Part shown: positions 56,394 to 64,000 of the stretch, piece by piece
How positions within the stretch are numbered: position 1 is the stretch's first letter
How the letters are laid out: every line of letters begins with the position of its first letter
Assembly: GCA_944324215.1 (NCBI GenBank)
Contig: CALUVP010000140.1
Coordinates: forward strand, 139 to 64,138
DNA: 64,000 nucleotides
Source of the DNA: Candidatus Gastranaerophilales bacterium
Lineage (GTDB): Bacteria; Cyanobacteriota; Vampirovibrionia; Gastranaerophilales; Gastranaerophilaceae
Direction of reading: 5' to 3'
The notes under the pieces: generated by a model
The model's input: the letters and a program-made list of their open reading frames with translations, nothing else
What the model was told of the DNA's origin: nothing
Database searches by the model: none
Translations under genes and position numbers: made by a program

Positions 56394-57146
56394 ATGAAAA
56401 TTGCTGTAATTTCTGATATACACGGAAATATGGAAGCAATTGAGGCTGTGATGGCTGATATTGAGCAAAAAGGGTGTGATAGAATTTTCGTTCTAGGTGA
56501 TTATGCTATGGCAGGACCTGAACCTAATTGCGCTGTTCAATATTTCATGAATAAGAAAAATGATCCTAAGTTTACCATGATTCAGGGGAATACAGATTTA
56601 ATGATTGCTGATTATTCTGAAGAACTCTATAATTCCTTAAAAGAAAAAGCACCTATTATGGCTGAAGCTTTAAAAAATGATGTTTCTGTTTTAAATCCGC
56701 TTGAAAAAAAGTTCTTAAAAACTTTGCCAATACAAAAAGAAGTTGAAGCAGAGGGTGTAAAATTCCTTTTAGTACACGGTTCTCCAAGAAAAAATAATGA
56801 GGATATTCTTCCTGACACTCCGATTGAAGAGGTAGAAAAGATGCTTGTGAACGTCAATGCAGATGTTGTTTTGTGCGGTCATACACACATTCCTTGCGGG
56901 TTTCAGACAGAAAGTAAAAAAACTGTCATTAATGACGGAAGCATTGGAAGAACTTTTTTTACTGTAAAAGGAGTTCCAATGGCTTGTTATTTATTGATTG
57001 AAGTTATTTTCGGAAGATGTGCTTTTGAACATCAATTTGTTGATTATGATAGAGAAAAAGCCGCTAACAAATTAGCTAAAAGGGATTTTCAAGGCGCAGA
57101 AAAACTTGCAGGTATGCTAATTAATCCTGAAACCAGACATTTCTAA
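56394..57146 (+). CDS. Metallophosphoesterase (PrpA/YfcE-like)
   Basis: SDIHGN, LGD, GNTD, HGSP, GHTH. Confidence 0.85.
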   Translation: MKIAVISDIHGNMEAIEAVMADIEQKGCDRIFVLGDYAMAGPEPNCAVQYFMNKKNDPKFTMIQGNTDLMIADYSEELYNSLKEKAPIMAEALKNDVSVLNPLEKKFLKTLPIQKEVEAEGVKFLLVHGSPRKNNEDILPDTPIEEVEKMLVNVNADVVLCGHTHIPCGFQTESKKTVINDGSIGRTFFTVKGVPMACYLLIEVIFGRCAFEHQFVDYDREKAANKLAKRDFQGAEKLAGMLINPETRHF

Positions 57147-60112
57147 TTATGATATTTCGTTAAGATTTTTTTCACTTGATTGGCTAATTCATTTTGATCA
57201 AAATTATCTTTTGTTATGTAATAATCAATATATGAAGTATTAAGTTTATTTCTTGCAACTTTTTCCGGCATAGAACTTACCACTATGATTGGAATATCCA
57301 TATACATTTCATCATTTTTAAGCCGTTCAATGAATTCATACCCATCAATTTTTGGCATTGTAAGATCTGTTATGATTAAATCATAATGATTAAGTTTTAA
57401 TTTAATTAAAGCTTCTTCTGCATCAAGCACAGCATCTACCATGTAACCTATGTTTAAGAGGATATTTTTTATCATAATTCTTGTGGTTATAGAATCATCT
57501 ACTATTAAAATTCTTTTGTATGCAAGAGCATCTGCAGGTAAAAGTTTTGAATTTGCAGATATTGCTGCCTTATTAAAATCAAAATGCATTATATCTTGCA
57601 TGTTCAAAATTAAACATAACTCTCCTGAAGCAAGATTTGTAATACCTGAAATATTTTTCACTTTATAAAGAGGTGGCGAAAGCTTTTTTTGTAAAATATC
57701 TTGATCACCTAATAACTTATCTACAACAAGCCCTATTGTTTTTTCATCCGATTCAATTATTAATATCGTTTCTTTTTCTGTTTTTGGCGCAGGTTCTAAA
57801 TTTAAAATGTTAGAAAGATAATATAACGGTATTAAATTATTGTTATACAAAATTGTCCTGACTCCGTTATTAGTTTTTATCTCACTTTGATTTTTAAGTA
57901 TGAATGTCGTAATTACTTGAATAGGTATTGCAAATATTTGTCCCGAAATCTGTACTAAAAATACTCGTAAAGTGGTGAGAGTTACGGGAATTTCAATATG
58001 AACACAACTTCCTTTTCCAAATTCTGATATAACTTTGACTTTCCCGTTAAGCTGGGAAATTTTTGTTTTTACAACATCAAGCCCGATTCCTCGGCCTGAA
58101 ATACTTGTAATAGAATCCCCCGTAGTAAATCCTGGCCAAAAGATTATATTCATTATGGCTTCGTCTGTCATTGTGTCTATTTCTTCCTGGGTTAAAAATC
58201 CCCGAGAAACTGCTCTATCTTTTATTTTTTCAAGATTAAATCCTTGTCCGTCGTCAAATACATCTATTATAACCTTGTTATCGTCCTGTTTTGCAGATAA
58301 AAGAATTCTCCCTACAGGACTTTTGCCGTTGGCAATCCTTTCTTCTTTTGTTTCTATACCGTGATCTATAGCATTTCTCAGTATATGAATTAGTGGAGTC
58401 TTAATTTCCTCAATAATTTTCTTATCCGCACAAGTATCTTTACCTTCTATTTCAAAATCAATATCTTTTCCCTTTTCATTTGCTATATCTCTTACCATAC
58501 GTGAAAAAGAATTAAATACCGTGGAAATTGGAAGTACTCTTATATTTTTTACCATCGATTCCATTTCATCTATGATTAAGCGCATTTTCATATCGTCTTC
58601 TTTCGAAGAACGATATAGTGAATTTAAATCATATATTGTTCTGGATACGTTTTGAGTAATATCCAAAAGAAGTGAGAATACTTGTTTTACAAAAACTCCG
58701 GTATATTGATCCGTATTGCCTGATTGAAGATATTTTCGGTTATAATATCTTAAATAATTTGATGTTTTTAATAAATCCTTTTGACAGATCTCATTTGCAT
58801 TTTTGATAGAATCAATTTTTTCAAGATTTTTCTCTGTTTTTATTTTAGTTATTATTAATTCACCAAGCTGATTAACCAATAAATCTAGCTTTTGAGCGTT
58901 AACGTGAAGTGTTTTTATCTCGGTTGAGGAGGAAGATTTATTATTAGATGTCGTTTGGGTCGATATATTTTTTATCTCACTAACTCCGGTATCTTTTTTA
59001 TAATTTAATTCCAGAAGCTGCTTCATAATTTCAAGTTGCTGCAATATTAAATCACTATCAATACTTTCATTAGGAGAAGCACAATATTCCATTGCACTTT
59101 TTAGAGTTGTTGTCATTTGTTCTTCTAATTGAACAGAATTTTCTGTTATAAAATGAAGAATATCCACAATTAAATTTATTATCTCCAAAATGTTAGGATC
59201 TTCTATACCGTCCTTTAACTGTAAAATATTATCTTCAATTTCCTTTGCATAAATGCTACTACCTTGAAGCATGGACATTTTTTCTGCAACATCAAAAAAT
59301 GACAAACCACTATCTTCTTTTTCAATACAAGATGTTGTAAATTTAGCTGCTGCAGAACTCAGTTCGTTTCTAAGTTCAAGTATTTCACTTATCGTTAATG
59401 TATTAGAAGCATTCATTACAAAATCTATTTTTGCCAGAATATTTTCTAAAGAAGTTTTGACCTCATATAAATTTGAATCAACAAAAAATTCATGAATTTT
59501 TTGTATTTCTTCCTTTAAAATGACAATATCTTGAGTTTCTTCTTCCGGAACAATTCCATCAATAATTTCAAAACAATTATTAAACGAACTATTTATTTCC
59601 TCTTGATGCACTATTATTGATGAAATATTAGAACTTGTATTCACATCTGCAAGGTCTGCTATTGAAGATATTTCCACTTCATTTTGATGAAAGGTATGTT
59701 CGTTGATTTCCATTTCAAGTATATATTCCAAATTTGAAATGGTTTCTGCATAATTTTCATCTATTATTTCTCGACAATTCTTGATTGATTCCTGTAAATA
59801 TTTTGACGCAATTTCCAATGACTTGAATAAAATGTTAATTACATCTTTATCAAGTATGAAAAGTCCGTTGTTAACAGCATCAAATATATCTTCCATTTTA
59901 TGAAAAATTACCTGAATATTATTAAAACCAACCATTTTAACAGCACCCTTAATGCTGTGTAAATCTCTATATATGGCCGAAATCAGTTCTTTATTTGCAG
60001 GAGTTTGCTCCAATGAATCAAGATTATTAAACAAGCGCTCAATAATCTCTTCAGATTCACCTTGAAAGATTACATACATTTCTTTATTGCTGTCATTTTC
60101 TGAAAAATCCAA
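57143..60112 (-). CDS. cheA: CheA-like hybrid kinase (Hpt, HATPase, CheW, REC)
   Basis: LHSIKG, HILRNAIDHG, DDGQG, SGRGIGLD, C-terminal VDDS...TDLTMP. Confidence 0.9.
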   Translation of the reverse strand: MDFSENDSNKEMYVIFQGESEEIIERLFNNLDSLEQTPANKELISAIYRDLHSIKGAVKMVGFNNIQVIFHKMEDIFDAVNNGLFILDKDVINILFKSLEIASKYLQESIKNCREIIDENYAETISNLEYILEMEINEHTFHQNEVEISSIADLADVNTSSNISSIIVHQEEINSSFNNCFEIIDGIVPEEETQDIVILKEEIQKIHEFFVDSNLYEVKTSLENILAKIDFVMNASNTLTISEILELRNELSSAAAKFTTSCIEKEDSGLSFFDVAEKMSMLQGSSIYAKEIEDNILQLKDGIEDPNILEIINLIVDILHFITENSVQLEEQMTTTLKSAMEYCASPNESIDSDLILQQLEIMKQLLELNYKKDTGVSEIKNISTQTTSNNKSSSSTEIKTLHVNAQKLDLLVNQLGELIITKIKTEKNLEKIDSIKNANEICQKDLLKTSNYLRYYNRKYLQSGNTDQYTGVFVKQVFSLLLDITQNVSRTIYDLNSLYRSSKEDDMKMRLIIDEMESMVKNIRVLPISTVFNSFSRMVRDIANEKGKDIDFEIEGKDTCADKKIIEEIKTPLIHILRNAIDHGIETKEERIANGKSPVGRILLSAKQDDNKVIIDVFDDGQGFNLEKIKDRAVSRGFLTQEEIDTMTDEAIMNIIFWPGFTTGDSITSISGRGIGLDVVKTKISQLNGKVKVISEFGKGSCVHIEIPVTLTTLRVFLVQISGQIFAIPIQVITTFILKNQSEIKTNNGVRTILYNNNLIPLYYLSNILNLEPAPKTEKETILIIESDEKTIGLVVDKLLGDQDILQKKLSPPLYKVKNISGITNLASGELCLILNMQDIMHFDFNKAAISANSKLLPADALAYKRILIVDDSITTRIMIKNILLNIGYMVDAVLDAEEALIKLKLNHYDLIITDLTMPKIDGYEFIERLKNDEMYMDIPIIVVSSMPEKVARNKLNTSYIDYYITKDNFDQNELANQVKKILTKYHN

Positions 60113-60133
60113 AGTTCTGCCCTCTTTTTTTGA

Positions 60134-61180
60134 TTAATTGTCTATAGCAGAATTTTTTATATCAAATGATAAATTGTTTAGTTTCGAAATTTTCTCAGAA
60201 TTTGACAGTGTTACCTGAGAAAGATTTTCAGCTATTGAAGAAGCTTCTTCATCAATTGTATTTAAACGCTCTATAATGTCATTTTGTTTTTTTGCATTTT
60301 GACTGAGCAAATCAAGTGAATCCAAAATTTCTTTTATAAGATTCAATAGCGTTTCCGAATTTGATGAAACAATGTTTATATCTTTAACTACTGACTCAAT
60401 CTCTTTTGAGCCTTCTTCTGTTGCCATAACTGTTGAATTTGTTGTGCATTGAATGTTGTTTGTGAGTGAAGAAATTTTTGTAATCGCCTGTTTAGATTCA
60501 TCTGCTAGTTTTCTGATTTCTCCGGCAACAACTGCAAAACCTTTACCGTGTTCTCCTGCTCTTGCTGCTTCTACTGCGGCATTTAGTGCTAACATATTCG
60601 TTTGTTCCGCTATATCATCAACTACACTAATTGTACTTCCAATTTGCTGCGAATGTTCCGATAATTCCAATATCAATTCAGCTATCATTTGTATTTTTTG
60701 TCTTAAAACAAGCATCTTTTCCGCATTAGAAGATATGGAGTCGTGTTCTTTTTGGGAAAAACTAATGGATTGATTTACTTGTTTTTCTGCATTTTTAGTA
60801 GTATTATAACTCTCTTCTGCCAATAACTTAAGTTTTTCGATAAGAGAGGATAGAGACTTAACACTTCCTGTAAGACTTTCAGAAATATTTTTTTGTGATT
60901 TCATTGCATCTATGAATTCTGTTGTAGCTTCTGATATTGAGTTTGATTGTGATAAAACAACTTCTCTAATTGAGCGTATAACCCATTGCTTTGTCAGTAT
61001 ATGCACCGTAAGATGTAATGCAACTACTATCGCTAGAAATGCAACAGTATCGTACAAAGGTAAATTATTAATTTTGGCAAAAAATAAAAAAAGTAGACAA
61101 GCTATCACAAATACAGCCATATCCAATAAACATTTAATACTGAACTTTTGTTTTAATCCTATTTTGAATTCACTTTGCAC
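60134..61180 (-). CDS. Methyl-accepting chemotaxis protein with a minimal sensor region
   Basis: [34 protein letters not shown]; two adjacent TM segments. Confidence 0.9.
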   Translation of the reverse strand: MQSEFKIGLKQKFSIKCLLDMAVFVIACLLFLFFAKINNLPLYDTVAFLAIVVALHLTVHILTKQWVIRSIREVVLSQSNSISEATTEFIDAMKSQKNISESLTGSVKSLSSLIEKLKLLAEESYNTTKNAEKQVNQSISFSQKEHDSISSNAEKMLVLRQKIQMIAELILELSEHSQQIGSTISVVDDIAEQTNMLALNAAVEAARAGEHGKGFAVVAGEIRKLADESKQAITKISSLTNNIQCTTNSTVMATEEGSKEIESVVKDINIVSSNSETLLNLIKEILDSLDLLSQNAKKQNDIIERLNTIDEEASSIAENLSQVTLSNSEKISKLNNLSFDIKNSAIDN

Positions 61181-61257
61181 TTCATCTCTCCTATAGTTTT
61201 TTTGATTATTTTATTATATAATTATTTTATACTAAAATAGGTAAAATTGGAATATAT

Positions 61258-62712
61258 ATGGTAGCAAAAATTTTATTGGTAGAGGATAGTGATACTCAAT
61301 TAAAGTTCTTACACGACGGGCTTGTAGCTAACGGTTTTGATGTAGAAACAGCTACTAACGGTGGAGAAGCGTATAAAAAAATATTTGAATGCGTTCCGGA
61401 TATTGTTGTATCTGACATTATGATGCCGGTAATTGACGGTTATCAACTCTGCAGAATGATTAAAAATGTCGATGAAATTAAGAAAATTCCTGTTATCTTA
61501 CTTACTGTCCTTGATAAAAAAATTGATAGTTTTTGGGGCAAAAAAGCAGGTGCTCAATTATTTCTTTCTAAATCCATTGATATGAATGAATTAGTTAGAA
61601 ATATCAAAGCAACTCTTAGGAGATATCCGCTAACTGATGAATATAAAGCTGCTTTAACAGCAAAATCTTCTCCTGATTCAGCTCAAGTAAGACTTAACAC
61701 AATTCTTAATGATTTGTTGCTTAAATCTGTTTTTGCTAATGAGTTTAGAAATTTAAGTGATTTTATGAATTATGAAAGAGTCCTTGTAGAAAAACTTTTT
61801 TCTCTTTTAAGTTCATTTGTTGAATATTCTGTCGCCGGTATATTTTTTGCTTCTCCAGATGAATTTGCTGAAAATATTTTATATATCGATACATTAGGAA
61901 GAAATTTAAGTAAAAGTTTACTCTCAGACATACAGTATGATTTTTTCCGAAAAATCGAAGAATACCGGGCTTTGAAAAATACTAAATTTGAAGTCGTAAG
62001 AATTCTATTGGGTAAAGAACTTGATTATAAGTTTACTGATTTGACATCGAAAATAATTATTCCTCTTATATTTGATAAAAAACTTATTGGTGGTATTTGT
62101 TTCTATACTCGTCAAGACATGGATTATGCTTCATTCAGATATTTTGACATTATGATAAGCGAGCTTTTAGCAATATTCAAAATGAAGTATCAGTACACCG
62201 AAAAAGAATTTATGTCAGTATTAGATGGTCTTACTGGGCTTTATAACAGGCGTCAGTTAGAAATAAGTTTGGAACAAGAATATAATAGAACAAAGCGCCA
62301 TCCTTCAGATTTTAGTCTTGCGATTTTAGATATAGACTTTTTCAAAAAAGTTAATGATACATATGGTCATCAATATGGTGATTATGTTTTAAAAACGGTT
62401 GCAGACCTTATGAAAGCGACATTTAGAAAAACTGATTTATTATACAGGTATGGCGGAGAAGAAATGGTTGTAATCTTGCCAGAAACTAACATAGAAGGTG
62501 CTATAATACCTGTTCAAAGGCTTAGGAGAACTGTAGAAGAATATGAATTTGAATATAACGGTATAAAAACAAAAGTTACTGTTAGTATTGGTTTAACGAT
62601 GAATTATCAGGAATTTAATTCACCTGCTGAAATGCTTAAATCAGCGGATGAGGCTTTATATAAAGCTAAGGAGAGTGGTAGAAACAGGGTTATCTTGCAT
62701 GAGCAACAATAA
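61258..62712 (+). CDS. Response-regulator diguanylate cyclase (REC-GAF-like-GGDEF)
   Basis: VEDS...SDIMMP; DGLTGLYNR, DIDFFK.VND.YGH, RKTD I-site, YGGEEM. Confidence 0.9.
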   Translation: MVAKILLVEDSDTQLKFLHDGLVANGFDVETATNGGEAYKKIFECVPDIVVSDIMMPVIDGYQLCRMIKNVDEIKKIPVILLTVLDKKIDSFWGKKAGAQLFLSKSIDMNELVRNIKATLRRYPLTDEYKAALTAKSSPDSAQVRLNTILNDLLLKSVFANEFRNLSDFMNYERVLVEKLFSLLSSFVEYSVAGIFFASPDEFAENILYIDTLGRNLSKSLLSDIQYDFFRKIEEYRALKNTKFEVVRILLGKELDYKFTDLTSKIIIPLIFDKKLIGGICFYTRQDMDYASFRYFDIMISELLAIFKMKYQYTEKEFMSVLDGLTGLYNRRQLEISLEQEYNRTKRHPSDFSLAILDIDFFKKVNDTYGHQYGDYVLKTVADLMKATFRKTDLLYRYGGEEMVVILPETNIEGAIIPVQRLRRTVEEYEFEYNGIKTKVTVSIGLTMNYQEFNSPAEMLKSADEALYKAKESGRNRVILHEQQ

Positions 62713-63700
62713 TTACATTGAACAAAAGAAAAATACGCATTTATATTTTTGTGTAGGAGACAATAAATATGCTGTTAATACTGACAACGTTTTGGAAATA
62801 ATGAAATTACCTGAGTTGGATTACCCACAAAAATTACCTAATAATATTATTGGGCTTTTAAAGTACAATAACTTTGTCATTAATGTAATAGATATAAGGT
62901 TTTACCTTAACGTAAAAGTTCCAAAATACAACATAAACAACGAGTTGTTAATAATTAAGACTGATGAAATTATTTTTGGTGTTATAACAGATAAGGTTCT
63001 AGGTATTCTTCCGTTTGACGCTTCAAAAATTGATGCAATACCTTTTGTTGACAACAAGACATTGGTTGAATCTTTATATAAATACAATCAAGAAACAATT
63101 TTTATAATAAATATCTACGCAATAGAGAACATTTTAAAGCAACACGAGATAACTAATGATATTGATATACTTTCTTTATTTCCAGAAGATGAAGTTTCAA
63201 AAAGTATAATGAAAAAGCGTACACAGGCTATTGCAAGTAAATCCAGTCTTAAATTAGCATCAGGAGAATTACACGCAAAAAACAAATATATATCGTTTAA
63301 TTTAAGCGATGATTATTACTGTATAGAATTGAGTTTTGTAAAAGAGGTATTAAAAGATACAACAATAACTCGTGTTCCTGGAACACCTGCATTTATTGCA
63401 GGAATTATGAATCTTAGAGGTGATTATATTACAGTTTTGAATTTGAAAAAGTTTTTGAATTTACCTCAGAATGTAAAGGCTTTGGATAAAAATCCTGTCA
63501 TAATCGTAAAATGTAATGAGTTAAAATTGGCTTTGTTAATAGATAAGATAAATGAGCTTTTTGAATTCCAACAAGATGAAACTGTAGAAAATGGTGACGG
63601 TTATTATTCTCAGGAATTGGTTTATAATGGTTTGTTATATACAGTTTTAAATGTTGATAAAATTACATCTGACAAAAAGATAATAATTACTGACATGTAG
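62699..63700 (+). CDS. cheW: Tandem CheW domain protein
   Basis: Two CheW domains; ITRVPGTPAFIAGIMNLRG. Confidence 0.88.
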   Translation: MSNNNYIEQKKNTHLYFCVGDNKYAVNTDNVLEIMKLPELDYPQKLPNNIIGLLKYNNFVINVIDIRFYLNVKVPKYNINNELLIIKTDEIIFGVITDKVLGILPFDASKIDAIPFVDNKTLVESLYKYNQETIFIINIYAIENILKQHEITNDIDILSLFPEDEVSKSIMKKRTQAIASKSSLKLASGELHAKNKYISFNLSDDYYCIELSFVKEVLKDTTITRVPGTPAFIAGIMNLRGDYITVLNLKKFLNLPQNVKALDKNPVIIVKCNELKLALLIDKINELFEFQQDETVENGDGYYSQELVYNGLLYTVLNVDKITSDKKIIITDM

Positions 63701-63751
63701 TTTAAATAATGTATATGTAGTTTTGGTTTATTATGATAAAATACGATGTGT

Positions 63752-64000
63752 ATGAAGTATTTTAAGAAGAGAACAGTAGCATTGGCTCTAGCTTCAGTTG
63801 TAACGGTTGTTGGAGCTTTTGGCGCAGAAAATTACAAAAACAGTCTTATGTCATTAAAATTTAATACAGAATCAGACGGTTCTGTAAATGCTGTTTTGTT
63901 AACCAAGGAGGCTTATTCTGGTAATATTTCAACTCAGAGAATTGGTTCAAATACTTATGTAATAATACTTTCTGATGTAAATAGTGAAGTTCCGTCTGGC
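63752..64000 (+). CDS. Exported protein, partial; possibly an AMIN-like N-terminal domain
   Basis: Manual translation MKYFKKRTVALALASVVTVVGAFGAENY..., open to the window edge. Confidence 0.65.
   Translation, partial: MKYFKKRTVALALASVVTVVGAFGAENYKNSLMSLKFNTESDGSVNAVLLTKEAYSGNISTQRIGSNTYVIILSDVNSEVPSG

Overview
AT-rich bacterial chromosome segment of about 65 CDS, mostly on the minus strand. Inferred origin is a non-photosynthetic relative of Cyanobacteria (Vampirovibrionia/Melainabacteria, Gastranaerophilales-like), based on a cyanobacterial-type L34 and HPF alongside a four-subunit 2-oxoacid:ferredoxin oxidoreductase and fli export genes. Housekeeping genes include dnaN, rpmH, metG, coaBC, ribBA/ribE, aroF/B/K/C, ispG, lipA, anmK, ferritin and rdgB. 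There is a fliM/N-fliO-fliP-fliQ-X-fliR export operon, a Wsp-like chemosensory/diguanylate cyclase cluster and an aryl-polyene-like ApeP/FabG/KS triplet. No rRNA, intact tRNA, transposase or CRISPR array was seen. The most unusual signals are non-coding: (1) a dispersed palindromic element GAGG-stem-N33-36-stem'-CCGA whose stem differs between loci, inserted in frame in coaBC and stacked in front of fliP and fliQ; (2) a DUF3800 gene with a two-hairpin leader RNA inside an islet bounded by tmRNA/tRNA-like 3'-end repeats; (3) a recurrent CAA-N18-CTTTAT promoter-like motif; (4) many apparently leaderless genes; (5) a sigma-28 promoter driving a small acidic ORF with a TTTACCCC-repeat tail; (6) a helically phased CATG cluster near rpmH. 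All calls were made by eye, without database searches.
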